Sequence record: SRR22947725_6362
Length of the DNA stretch: 32,015 nucleotides
Strand: one strand, 5' to 3'
Shown: positions 9,890 through 19,492 of the stretch, one piece after another
Layout of the letters: every line of letters begins with the position of its first letter
Numbering within the stretch: position 1 is the stretch's first letter
Position numbers and translations under genes: made by a program
Notes under the pieces: generated by a model
Databases searched by the model: none
The model's input: the letters and a program-made list of their open reading frames with translations, nothing else
What the model was told of the DNA's origin: nothing

Positions 9890-11119
9890 ATGAGTAGTCA
9901 TTCCCGCTCCAAGTTTTTGGACAATTCCACACCGCCCAGCATCTTCACACTGATTTGCCTCTCGGCAGTCGGCGCTCTCGGTCTCAGCATCTTTCTACCT
10001 TCGCTGCCCTCAATGGCACAGACGTTCAATGTCAGCTACGCCAGCGCCACGCTCTCCGTAAGTCTGTATTTGGCAATGAATGCGGTCTTCCAACTCTTTG
10101 TCGGCCCGCTGTCGGATCGCTACGGACGCCGGCCCGTGGTCATGGTCGCCTTGGCCATTTTTTGCAGCGCCTCATTGGGCTGCATTATTGCCCCCTCTTT
10201 TGAGGTTTTTCTGGTCTGCCGCTTGCTGCAGGCGGTTGTGGTCACCGGCCTGGTTCTGTCCCGCGCGGCGATTCGCGACACCTGCAGCCAAGATCAAGCC
10301 GCTTCCGTGCTGGGATACGTCACAATGGGCATGGCCATCTTACCCCTCATCGGACCCGCAATGGGCGGTGGCTTAGAGGCACAATTTGGCTGGGTGGCGA
10401 GTTTTTGGCTCCTGCTCGGCGTTGGCATTTTCGTCTTTGCCCTGACCTATTTGGACATGGGCGAGACCAATCTGCATCAAACCAACTCAATGGCAGAGCA
10501 GTTTCGCGCCTATCCTGAGCTTCTGAAGTCTCGTCGCTTTTGGGGCTATTGCCTGACCGCCAGCTTCAGCGCCGGTGCCTATTTCGCCTATCTGGGCGGC
10601 GGCGCCTATGTTGGCCGTGAAATATTTGGCCTATCGCCTGCCGCTTTGGGATTTTACCTCGGCGCGCCTTCATTGGGCTATATCGTTGGAAATGGCATAT
10701 CAGGGCGTTTCTCCAACACGCTAGGGGTCAACCGAATGGTGCTGATCGGCACGATTTTGACCTGCCTGGGATTGGTCCTGAGCATCAGCTTGTTCCTCTT
10801 CACTGACGCGCAACCGATATCCTTCTTTGGCTGTGTCTGCTTTATGGGCCTTGGCAATGGTATGGTTCTGCCGAACGCCACGGCGGGCATGATGTCCGTC
10901 CGGCCGCATTTGGCCGGCTCCGCCTCTGGCATTGGCGGCACAATCAACACCGGCGGCGGCGCATTGATCGCAATTGGCACCGGGGCCATATTGGTCCCCG
11001 GGACCGGCGCTTTGCCCCTGCTGCTGATCATGCTCGCCACTACCAGCCTGTCCATTTTGACCATCACCTATGTGATCAAACGCACCAGCGATCTTGAAAT
11101 CGCAAACCCGCAAAGTTGA
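9890..11119 (+). CDS. Bcr/CflA family MFS efflux transporter
   Basis: IFLPSLP, MFS motif [13 protein letters not shown], about 12 hydrophobic segments. Confidence 0.9.
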   Translation: MSSHSRSKFLDNSTPPSIFTLICLSAVGALGLSIFLPSLPSMAQTFNVSYASATLSVSLYLAMNAVFQLFVGPLSDRYGRRPVVMVALAIFCSASLGCIIAPSFEVFLVCRLLQAVVVTGLVLSRAAIRDTCSQDQAASVLGYVTMGMAILPLIGPAMGGGLEAQFGWVASFWLLLGVGIFVFALTYLDMGETNLHQTNSMAEQFRAYPELLKSRRFWGYCLTASFSAGAYFAYLGGGAYVGREIFGLSPAALGFYLGAPSLGYIVGNGISGRFSNTLGVNRMVLIGTILTCLGLVLSISLFLFTDAQPISFFGCVCFMGLGNGMVLPNATAGMMSVRPHLAGSASGIGGTINTGGGALIAIGTGAILVPGTGALPLLLIMLATTSLSILTITYVIKRTSDLEIANPQS

Positions 11120-11130
11120 GTTTGCAAACT
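11119..11130. promoter_or_regulatory. Putative autoregulatory operator of the ScfR/PccR regulator
   Basis: Perfect 12-bp palindrome AGTTTGCAAACT ending 20 bp before the ATG at 11151. Confidence 0.6.
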
Positions 11131-11150
11131 TGCCGTGCTAGCAGGTTCCC

Positions 11151-12545
11151 ATGGCCAAACAAAAACTCTATGCCGGCACGAAACTGCGCGAATTACGGCG
11201 CAAGGTTGATCTCACCCAGCGAGAATTTTCCGAGCGGCTCGAGGTCTCGCTGCCCTATCTCAATCAAATGGAAAACAACAACCGCCCAGTGTCTGCGGCG
11301 GTGATTCTGGCTTTGGCTGATGTCTTTGGTTTTGACGTCACCGAACTTGTGTCAGGCGACAACGCGCGATTGGTCAGCGATATGCGCGAAGCGGCCACTG
11401 ATCCGATCTTTGGCGCCGATGCACCGCATCTGGCCGATATCCGAATGGCCGCCAACAACGCCCCCGGATTGGCGCGCGCATTTTTGCAGCTGCATCGGGC
11501 CTATCGGGAAACCCATGAGCGGCTCGCGTCTCTGGATGAAGCCCTCGGCCGCGCCGACAGCCGCCTACAATCCAGCCCTTGGGAAGAGGTTCGAGATTTT
11601 TTCCACTATTGTGACAACTATATTGATGCCGTGGACCGCGCGGCGGAGCGCTTCGCCGCCGACGCCAAAGGCAGCATCCAGGCCCATGCGATTGCCAGGC
11701 TTGAAGCCCATGGCGTGACATTGCGGCGCAGCGGAGGTCCGGCCCTCCGCCGCTATGAGCCCGATAGTAAAATCCTAACGCTTTCGGCACATCTGCCCGA
11801 GGCAACTGCTACCTTTCAACTCCTGATCCAACTTGCCCTGTTGACACAAAACGATCTTCTGGATGCCACATTGGACTTTGCCAAGTTCCATTCACCCGCA
11901 GCCCGCGACATCGCCAAATTGGGCTTGGCCAATTACTACGCCGGGGCCAGCCTCATGCCCTATGGCAGCTTTTTGACCGCCGCACAGGAACTGCGACATG
12001 ATCTGGAGCAATTGGCCGGGAAGTTTGGCGCCAGCATTGAGCAGGTCGCCCATCGCCTCTCTACCTTGCAGCGCAGCGGGCAAAAGGGCTTGCCCTTCTT
12101 TTTTGTCCGTGTCGATCAGGCCGGCACCATTACCAAACGCCATTCGGCCACCTCATTGCAATTCGCCCGTTTTGGCGGCGCATGCCCGCTTTGGAATGTG
12201 CATCGCGCCTTTGAAACCCCAGGACAGTTTTTAAGGCAAATGGCTGAGACGCCCGACGGGAAACGCTATTTCTGCCTGGCGCGGGATGTGAGCAAATCCG
12301 GCGGCGCATGGGGCGCGCCCGTACGGCGCTATGCCATTGGCTTGGGATGCGAAATGCGGCATGCAGGGTCTTTGGTCTATGCCGACGGGCTGGACACCAA
12401 CGCCAATGCTCAGGTGGAACCCATTGGCATCTCCTGCCGAATCTGTGAGCGCCGCAATTGCCACCAACGCTCCGTGCCACCGCTGGAGCGCAATTTACAG
12501 GTGGATCCGGATCTGCGCGGTATCCTGCCCTATCAAGTGCGATGA
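11151..12545 (+). CDS. pccR: Short-chain fatty acyl-CoA regulator (ScfR family, PccR-like)
   Basis: N-terminal XRE HTH (SLPYLNQMENNNRP), EQVAHRLSTLQR, GACPLW and C-terminal CRICER..CHQRS. Adjacent to pccB. Confidence 0.85.
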   Translation: MAKQKLYAGTKLRELRRKVDLTQREFSERLEVSLPYLNQMENNNRPVSAAVILALADVFGFDVTELVSGDNARLVSDMREAATDPIFGADAPHLADIRMAANNAPGLARAFLQLHRAYRETHERLASLDEALGRADSRLQSSPWEEVRDFFHYCDNYIDAVDRAAERFAADAKGSIQAHAIARLEAHGVTLRRSGGPALRRYEPDSKILTLSAHLPEATATFQLLIQLALLTQNDLLDATLDFAKFHSPAARDIAKLGLANYYAGASLMPYGSFLTAAQELRHDLEQLAGKFGASIEQVAHRLSTLQRSGQKGLPFFFVRVDQAGTITKRHSATSLQFARFGGACPLWNVHRAFETPGQFLRQMAETPDGKRYFCLARDVSKSGGAWGAPVRRYAIGLGCEMRHAGSLVYADGLDTNANAQVEPIGISCRICERRNCHQRSVPPLERNLQVDPDLRGILPYQVR

Positions 12546-12573
12546 GGCGACCGCCTCCTGCACGCACCGATCT

Positions 12574-14028
12574 CTAATAGGGCGCTTCCAATTGGCTCAG
12601 GCGGACATAGACAGATTTAAGCTGTGAGTAATGATTGATCGCGGCCTTCGAGTTTTCACGGCCCACGCCAGAGAGCTTTACACCGCCAAACGGTGCTTCG
12701 ACCGGGGCGTCGTTATAGGTGTTGATATAGCAGGTCCCGGCCTCCAGAGCCTTCACCATCCGATGGGCCCTGGGCAGGTTTTGGGTAAAGACACCAGCCG
12801 CCAGCCCATAGTCCGTATCATTGGCACGGGCCAAAACCTCCGCCTCATCGTCAAATTCTAGAACTGATAAGACGGGCCCAAAAATCTCTTCCTTTGCGAT
12901 GGTCATTTGATCCGTCACATCAGTAAACACCGCTGGCGTCAGCCAAAAGCCTGGACGATCCAGCCGTGTGCCGCCACAGACGAGCCGCGCCCCTTCCGCC
13001 TTGCCCTTAGCAATGAACCCTTCCACGATATCGCGCTGTCGCTCTGAAACCATCGGTCCGAAATTGCTGGCCTCATCCATGGGATCCCCCAAGACCGCTG
13101 TCGCCAGGCGCTCGGAGAGGCGCTTGAGAAAGGCTGGCTTGATGCCTTTTTGGACGAAAACGCGTGTTCCATTCGAGCAAATCTGCCCTGAGGAATAAAA
13201 ATTGGCCAAGATAGCGCCGCTGACCGCAGCCTCCAGTTCGGCATCATCAAAAATGATCAGCGGTGATTTCCCGCCCAGTTCCATGGTCACATGGCGCATA
13301 CCCTCTGCCGCGGCGGCATAGACTTTGCGGCCTGTTGGGAGCGAGCCTGTCAGTGAGACCTTATCCACCAAAGGATCGCTCACCAAGGCCGCCCCCACAT
13401 CGCCCAATCCCTGCACCACATTATACAGCCCGGCGGGCAAACCCGCCTCGTGCAAAATTTCTGCCACTTTCAAAGCGCAAAGCGGGGTTGTTTCAGAAGG
13501 TTTAAAGACCATCGCATTGCCGCAGGCCAAAGCGGGCGCGGCCTTCCAAGCAGCGATTTGCGTGGGGTAATTCCAAGCGCCAATCCCAACGCAAAGCCCA
13601 AGCGGCTCTCGTATCGTATAGATAAAATCCTCACCAAACTGCACATGCTCCCCGGTGAGACTCCCGGCCAGACCCCCAAAATACTCCAAAGCATCCGCCG
13701 CCGAGGTGGCATCGGCCACCAAAGTTTCCTGCAAGGGCTTGCCGGTGTCATAGGTTTCCAATTCGGACAACGAACGGTTCTGCGCACGCATCATATCCGC
13801 CGCCCGTCGCAATATCCGGCCGCGCTCCGTGCCGGTCATCGCGGCCCAAGCTGGCTGGGCCGCCTTGGCCGCCGCAAGAGCCGCCTGCACGATCTGCGGC
13901 GTTGCACTATGCACCCGGCCGATCACCTCTCCCGTTGCGGGGTAGATCACATCAATCGCGGCGCCCTCTGTGTCTTCAACATAGGCGCCGTTGATAAAAT
14001 GGCTGGCGGTGGGTTTTGGATCGATCAT
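12574..14028 (-). CDS. betB: Betaine aldehyde dehydrogenase
   Basis: [27 protein letters not shown], catalytic [18 protein letters not shown] at 14028 overlaps the upstream TGA (ATGA). Confidence 0.88.
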   Translation of the reverse strand: MIDPKPTASHFINGAYVEDTEGAAIDVIYPATGEVIGRVHSATPQIVQAALAAAKAAQPAWAAMTGTERGRILRRAADMMRAQNRSLSELETYDTGKPLQETLVADATSAADALEYFGGLAGSLTGEHVQFGEDFIYTIREPLGLCVGIGAWNYPTQIAAWKAAPALACGNAMVFKPSETTPLCALKVAEILHEAGLPAGLYNVVQGLGDVGAALVSDPLVDKVSLTGSLPTGRKVYAAAAEGMRHVTMELGGKSPLIIFDDAELEAAVSGAILANFYSSGQICSNGTRVFVQKGIKPAFLKRLSERLATAVLGDPMDEASNFGPMVSERQRDIVEGFIAKGKAEGARLVCGGTRLDRPGFWLTPAVFTDVTDQMTIAKEEIFGPVLSVLEFDDEAEVLARANDTDYGLAAGVFTQNLPRAHRMVKALEAGTCYINTYNDAPVEAPFGGVKLSGVGRENSKAAINHYSQLKSVYVRLSQLEAPY

Positions 14029-14924
14029 AGGGGGGTCTTTCTTTCTCGTTTTCGTTTCAACTGCGCCTCCCGCAGAGTGAGGTACAACACGGAACCAACA
14101 ATAATCGTCCCGCCCAGAATAACCAAAGCATCTATATGCTCGCCAAAAAGGAAATATCCCGTGGCAACAGACCAAATCAGCTGCAAAAACCCAACCGGTT
14201 GCGTGACGGTCAGCGGCGCAGATCGGAAGGCAAATGTCATTGAGTAATGCCCCGCGACGGCGAAAGTGGCGACGGCCATGAGCATTCCAACTTCAAAGCT
14301 CGTGGGCGCAATCCAGACGGGGATTGTGAGCGGGATAAGCCCGATGGTCACACCAACGGATAAAAGCGCCACGACCATGTCCGCACTGGCCAAATCGGTC
14401 AGGCGCTTGGCAATGAGGTAGCTCACCCCAAAACATAGGGTTGTGCCCAGCATGGCGATATGGCCCGGTGTGATCTCACGAATACCCGGCCGCAAGATAA
14501 CCAAAACTCCCAAAATCGCCACGACAATCGCCAGCCCCCGGCGCAGCGCCAAACGCTCGCCCAGAATAACAACCGCTCCCAATGTCACGAATATTGGCGT
14601 CAAATATCCCATAGCAGAGACCTCCGCCACGGGAATACGGGCCATGGCATAGAACCAAAGTGTCACGGCAAAAGTATGCAAAAACGCGCGCCCTGCGCCG
14701 AGTTTGGTCACTTGCCACGTGAGCCCCTCACGCAGTAAGCCACGCAGAACCGGCAGCAAGAACACCAGGCCTAACGCATAGCGCAGAAAGGCACTTTCAG
14801 CGGCCGGCAGGCGCGTGCCCACCAATTTTACGCCGACATAAACGCCGATGAAACAAAGCCCTGACAGCCCCATCCACAATGCGCCAACAATCGGCCTATC
14901 CGCAGCTTTCTCGCTCATAAGCAA
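14025..14924 (-). CDS. DMT/EamA family transporter
   Basis: About 10 hydrophobic segments with [14 protein letters not shown] and FLFGE motifs. Start could be 14918. Confidence 0.88.
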   Translation of the reverse strand: MLMSEKAADRPIVGALWMGLSGLCFIGVYVGVKLVGTRLPAAESAFLRYALGLVFLLPVLRGLLREGLTWQVTKLGAGRAFLHTFAVTLWFYAMARIPVAEVSAMGYLTPIFVTLGAVVILGERLALRRGLAIVVAILGVLVILRPGIREITPGHIAMLGTTLCFGVSYLIAKRLTDLASADMVVALLSVGVTIGLIPLTIPVWIAPTSFEVGMLMAVATFAVAGHYSMTFAFRSAPLTVTQPVGFLQLIWSVATGYFLFGEHIDALVILGGTIIVGSVLYLTLREAQLKRKRERKTPL

Positions 14925-14969
14925 TGGCTTTCATGCCGCATCAAAAGAGGCAAGAGAAATTTCGCCGCC

Positions 14970-16370
14970 CTAACCCACCAAGGACGGCAGCCACAGAACA
15001 ATTCCCGGAAAGGCGACCAAAAGCGCGATTGTGACACCATCCGCAAGGAAGAAGGGGGTGACGCCTTTGAAGACATCCTGCACCGTCAAATCATCGCGCA
15101 CGCCTGCGACCACAAAGCAATTGAGGCCGATGGGCGGGGTGATCAGACAGAACTCCGCCATTTTCACCACCAATATCCCAAACCAAATCGCACACATCGT
15201 GCCATTCATGCCAAAGGCGCTGTCAGCCGCAGTCACAAATTCACCACCATTGAGTGCCATGACGGCCGGGTAGACCACTGGCAACGTCAAAAGCAACATG
15301 CCAATCGCATCCATGAACATGCCCAAAACCGCATAGGCCAAAAGGATGCAGATCAGAATAAGCAAAGGCGCCATGTCCAGGCTGGTAATCCAATCAGAAA
15401 ACACCCCCGGAAGATCGGCAAATCCCAAGAACCGCACATAAATCAGCACGCCCCAAATGATTGAGAAGATCATCACGGTCAATTTGGCCGTTTCAAGCAG
15501 AGCATCTTTCAGCTGAGCCCAGCGCATACCACGGTAGAGCGCCATCAGAAACACGATGAACGCACCGACGGCGCCACCTTCTGTGGGTGTGCCCCAGGCA
15601 TCCCCAAAGGGATTGTAAACAAAGAAGATGATAATCACGACCACAGCGACAATCGGCAAAGCCGGTGGCAGGGCTGCAAAACGTTCGCGCCAAGTGAAGC
15701 CTGTCACCGGTGGGCCAACGTTTTTGAAGATCACTGCAATACCAATGATGAGCCCGGCATAGACCAAAGCCGAAAAAGCACCGGGAATAAAGCCCGCCAA
15801 CAGCAGCTTTCCCACATCCTGCTCAACGATAATCGCGTAGATGACCAAAATAGCAGAGGGCGGAATGAGCGACGCCAAAGTCCCGCCAGCCGCCACAACG
15901 CCAGCGGCAAATTGCTTATTATAGCCGATTTTCAGCATCTCAGGGATCGCAATCCGCGCAAAAACCGCCGCCGTGGCCACCGATGCACCAGAAACCGCCG
16001 CAAAGCCTGCTGTCGCGAAAACCGTAGAGACCGCAAGACCGCCAGGCACCCAAGCGATCCACCGTTTCGCGGCCTCAAAAAGGGCCGTGGTCAACTTGGC
16101 ATAATAGGCCAAATAGCCGATCAAAATAAACGTCGGAATAAGGCTCAAGGCCTGCGCAGCTATTTTTGAATGCGGCACTTGGCCGGCAATTTTTACGCTA
16201 ATGGTCAGGGCTTTGCCAAATTTTGCCGGGTCATAGTCAAAGCCGTTCCAGCGCAACCAAAACAAGCCAACAAAGCCCGCAAGACCCGCGGCAAAAGCCA
16301 CCCGCATACCGATGAAAACCAAAACCAGCATGCCGCCGGTGGTCCATAGACCTATTGAAATAGGATCCAT
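14970..16370 (-). CDS. dctM: TRAP transporter large permease
   Basis: SGASVATAA, GGTLASLIPPS, TPTEGG and ITPPIG. ATG at 16370 overlaps the dctQ stop. Confidence 0.93.
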   Translation of the reverse strand: MDPISIGLWTTGGMLVLVFIGMRVAFAAGLAGFVGLFWLRWNGFDYDPAKFGKALTISVKIAGQVPHSKIAAQALSLIPTFILIGYLAYYAKLTTALFEAAKRWIAWVPGGLAVSTVFATAGFAAVSGASVATAAVFARIAIPEMLKIGYNKQFAAGVVAAGGTLASLIPPSAILVIYAIIVEQDVGKLLLAGFIPGAFSALVYAGLIIGIAVIFKNVGPPVTGFTWRERFAALPPALPIVAVVVIIIFFVYNPFGDAWGTPTEGGAVGAFIVFLMALYRGMRWAQLKDALLETAKLTVMIFSIIWGVLIYVRFLGFADLPGVFSDWITSLDMAPLLILICILLAYAVLGMFMDAIGMLLLTLPVVYPAVMALNGGEFVTAADSAFGMNGTMCAIWFGILVVKMAEFCLITPPIGLNCFVVAGVRDDLTVQDVFKGVTPFFLADGVTIALLVAFPGIVLWLPSLVG

Positions 16371-16999
16371 CACTCTTGCTCCGCCAAATGGGCCGCTTCT
16401 GCCATGGCCTGTTCTTCGATTGTTAAGATCAAGGGCACAGCCACCGGGCGCTCCAGTCCGAGGACCAATGCACGGCCATAGCCAATAATCTGCAAGACGA
16501 GCCGCACCGCCAAAAGCGAGAAGGCGACGGGAACCAGAAGTTTGGCCGGCCACATCGGAATGCCGATATCAATCGAGCTGTCACGGCTCCAAAGAGGTTT
16601 GGCGAAATCAAAACTGCGGTCAAAATGCGCCCAAGAGCCCCAGATCAGCGCCAAAATAACGACCAAAACCAACGTCACAGTCAGAAGCTCCAACGCCCAG
16701 AGCACCCGGCCTCGCATCTTGCCGATGATCATATCCATACGAATATGACCCCCGAAACGTTGCACATAGGACACTCCCATAAAGGCAATCACCGGCATGG
16801 CGGCCTCGATATAGTCGACATAACCATTCAAGGGCTGGTTGAAAAATTTGCGGCCTGAAACAGAGTACGCCGCGAGAAACATAAGTGAAAATACGGCCAA
16901 TCCGCTGAATAATGCAAAGATGCGCTCAACGGGCAAAAGCGCGCGATCAGCGCGGCTGAGCCAGGACTCGTCTTGCAGAACAGATGAGGAGGAAGCCAT
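16370..16999 (-). CDS. dctQ: TRAP transporter small permease
   Basis: Four hydrophobic segments, GHIRMD motif, located between dctP and dctM. Confidence 0.9.
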   Translation of the reverse strand: MASSSSVLQDESWLSRADRALLPVERIFALFSGLAVFSLMFLAAYSVSGRKFFNQPLNGYVDYIEAAMPVIAFMGVSYVQRFGGHIRMDMIIGKMRGRVLWALELLTVTLVLVVILALIWGSWAHFDRSFDFAKPLWSRDSSIDIGIPMWPAKLLVPVAFSLLAVRLVLQIIGYGRALVLGLERPVAVPLILTIEEQAMAEAAHLAEQE

Positions 17000-17043
17000 A
17001 GCGTCCCTTTCGGGTTAAATTGACAGCGCGTAAAATATCAAAA

Positions 17044-17072
17044 CACCTGCCCCTCGCGAAAAGGGGCAGGTG
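17044..17072 (-). terminator. Intercistronic hairpin after dctP
   Basis: CACCTGCCCCT-CGCGAAA-AGGGGCAGGTG, perfect 11-bp stem, followed by TTTTG on the minus strand. Confidence 0.7.
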
Positions 17073-17080
17073 CGATTGGA

Positions 17081-18097
17081 TTAATTGCCCTTACGGGTGT
17101 TTTCCAAAGTGGTCATGACAAGGTCAAACAATTCTTGACCAGGAATGCCCTGCGCTTCCATATCGGCGATCCAAGCCGCACGGATTGGATCGGCGGCTTG
17201 TGCGCGGAATGCTGACAATTCGGCATCGCTGATGGTGACTTTTTCAACACCTTTTTCGGCCAGAACGTCATCCCAACGCTGCAGCAATTTGGCGTAGTTT
17301 TCGAGATAATATTCAATCGACTCGTCAACGGATTCATCCAACACAGCGCGGTGCGCATCAGACAGGCTTTCATAGGCATCGATGTTGACGACAACCGGAC
17401 AGTTCACAGTGCCTGGGTTCAGATTCTCCGTCCACCAATCCGCACGATTGATTGTGCCATAGGACAAATGCGCATGCTGCGCAAAGGCCACGGTGTCCAC
17501 AACACCCGATTCCATCGCTTGATAGGCTTCGGTTGCTGTCACGGATGTGGGCACACTGCCAACCGCTGCGAATGCTTTGCCCAGACCACCTGTGGCCCGC
17601 ACGCGCATACCTTCGAAATCCGCTAGGGTCGAACGCGGATCACCAGTGCCAACGATGTTATATTGCGGCATCGGTGAGGTCATAAGCAAACGCGCATTCC
17701 ACTGTGCCATTTCTTCGGTCGCTGCCGGATGGGCATAGACTGCATGACTAACCGCAACTTCTTCTGCCAAATTTGCAACGCCCAAGAACGGCAGTTCTAA
17801 AACAGTCACCACGCGGTTTTTGTCTGGATGATAGCCGGCACAGAATTGCGCCATTTCAAAGGCCCCAATGGAAATCCCATCGAGGTTTTCGCGGTTCTTT
17901 GACAGACCGCCGTAGCTAACATTCATCGTGAATTCGCCATTGGTTTTCGCCGAGACCAATTCTGCCAATTTCTCAACATGCTCGGTAAACGCCCGACGCT
18001 TGCCCCATACAGAAACATTCCACTCTGTGGCGATGGCCTCGCCAGCAAAGGCAACTGTCAATGCAGCAATGGCCGTCTTCATTCCTAGATTTTTCAT
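17081..18097 (-). CDS. dctP: TRAP transporter substrate-binding protein
   Basis: Signal peptide, LELPFL, DFEGMRVRA with the conserved Arg, EAYQAMESGVVD, GGGAGGA RBS. Confidence 0.92.
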   Translation of the reverse strand: MKNLGMKTAIAALTVAFAGEAIATEWNVSVWGKRRAFTEHVEKLAELVSAKTNGEFTMNVSYGGLSKNRENLDGISIGAFEMAQFCAGYHPDKNRVVTVLELPFLGVANLAEEVAVSHAVYAHPAATEEMAQWNARLLMTSPMPQYNIVGTGDPRSTLADFEGMRVRATGGLGKAFAAVGSVPTSVTATEAYQAMESGVVDTVAFAQHAHLSYGTINRADWWTENLNPGTVNCPVVVNIDAYESLSDAHRAVLDESVDESIEYYLENYAKLLQRWDDVLAEKGVEKVTISDAELSAFRAQAADPIRAAWIADMEAQGIPGQELFDLVMTTLENTRKGN

Positions 18098-18187
18098 AGT
18101 ATCCTCCCAGATATTAAGCCAAACTTAATTTGGCTTCCGAGAGACGATAGCGCAATAGGCACCCATTGGAAGGGTAGAGTAAGGCTT

Positions 18188-18197
18188 TTTTGCAAAA
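18188..18197. promoter_or_regulatory. TTTGCAAA-containing palindrome upstream of dctP
   Basis: TTTTGCAAAA about 90 bp upstream of the dctP ATG. Confidence 0.4.
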
Positions 18198-18221
18198 TTC
18201 CATTTTATTTCGCAGAATCTT

Positions 18222-18524
18222 TCAAGGATCAGAGGGGCGCAAGTCCCGGGCCGGCAAGCAGGTCGCGCGCTCAGCCAAGCTGATCTGACATTTCCGGCGC
18301 ACCAGCTGCCCCGTGGCTTTCACCCCTTCGGACTGCGCGATCAAACCACACATTTCGCGCCCCGCCAAACTGCCAATTTCTTCGGCAGGAAAATGGATCG
18401 TGGTCAGCGCCGGCTCCATCTCCTTACTGCCCTTGAAATCCCCTATCCCCAAAACGGATAAATCTTCTAGCACCCGCAACCCGCGCTGAAATGTGGCATA
18501 AATTGCCCCCCTTCCAGCCCGCAA
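18222..18524 (-). pseudogene. C-terminal fragment of a LacI-family regulator
   Basis: GAIYA..RGLRVLEDLSVLGIGD..PALTTIHFPAEEIG matches the LacI effector-domain end. No HTH or upstream two-thirds; resemblance stops near 18,515. Confidence 0.8.
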
Positions 18525-18739
18525 ATTATGTGCCTTTTTTCAATAGAGCTTCTGGAACTGGGGTCTCATGTTTGGAGCTTGGTGATGGCGGAGGTGATTG
18601 TACTGCTTAACCACACATTGATAGACGCTTGGGCTTGTTTTGAAGTAGCGGAATGTAGACTTTTTTATTATTCAAGGACGAGATAAATTAAACCTGACAC
18701 TTTCATGCACGTTTAATTTTACCGTGCTGACAAGACAAA

Positions 18740-19492
18740 TTATGACATTAGTAAACCAATACTAATTGTTGCTAGGATCGATAAAATCATTTTTTGAAAA
18801 ATTTTTTCAGACAATCTTTCACGGATTGCCGCCCCAGCTTTTACGCCGATGAATACGCATAAAACACCCAAGGTAGAAATCACAACATCCGACCCTGTGA
18901 ACAGCCCCAAATATCCCAACCCAACCATCATGATCAGACTTGAAATTGTAAACGAACAATTCGCGGCCTGAATAAACGCATTCCGGCCTAGGTGCAACGA
19001 CATCAAAAATGGAACTACTGGCATAACCTGTGAACCAGTTAGCCCGTTTAAAAAACCAGTGCAGATGCCAGAGATAGGAGCAAGCCTGTCTTCTAGTCCA
19101 CTTGGCAATCGAAGGTCTGGTTTAAGAAATGAAAAACAACACCACATGAGCAAAACAAGACCTAAGATAATCTTGGCCGTGGCCCCATCAGTTCCTGAAA
19201 GAACCCACAGACCCAATAACAGACTGGGAATGGTTGCAAGTAGCATTGGCCAAAACCGCAGGATCGTGGATTTAAACTGACCCACTTGGCGCATTACCAC
19301 AAGATTTGAACAGATCGATGGGATCAACACCAACGAAAGCGCGTCCTTTAAGCCAATCGCGAACACCAAAATTGGTAGGCAGGTCGTTGAAAAACCCAAA
19401 CCCGTGATGCCCTTTGCCGTGGCGGCAAAAAGGTATGCTGCAAAAATCGTAATGATTTCGACTGTTGTTAAATCAAATGCGGTGATCGGCAA
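18740..19492 (-). CDS. TauE/SafE family membrane protein (sulfite/sulfonate exporter family)
   Basis: AATAKGITGLGF and GFLNGLTGS repeats, ~250 aa hydrophobic. TTG start overlaps the upstream gene and is uncertain. Confidence 0.85.
   Translation of the reverse strand: MPITAFDLTTVEIITIFAAYLFAATAKGITGLGFSTTCLPILVFAIGLKDALSLVLIPSICSNLVVMRQVGQFKSTILRFWPMLLATIPSLLLGLWVLSGTDGATAKIILGLVLLMWCCFSFLKPDLRLPSGLEDRLAPISGICTGFLNGLTGSQVMPVVPFLMSLHLGRNAFIQAANCSFTISSLIMMVGLGYLGLFTGSDVVISTLGVLCVFIGVKAGAAIRERLSEKIFQKMILSILATISIGLLMS

Noticed and set aside
13450-14247. 265-aa plus-strand ORF
   Set aside because: Antisense to betB and the DMT gene; Arg/Gly-rich with no motifs.
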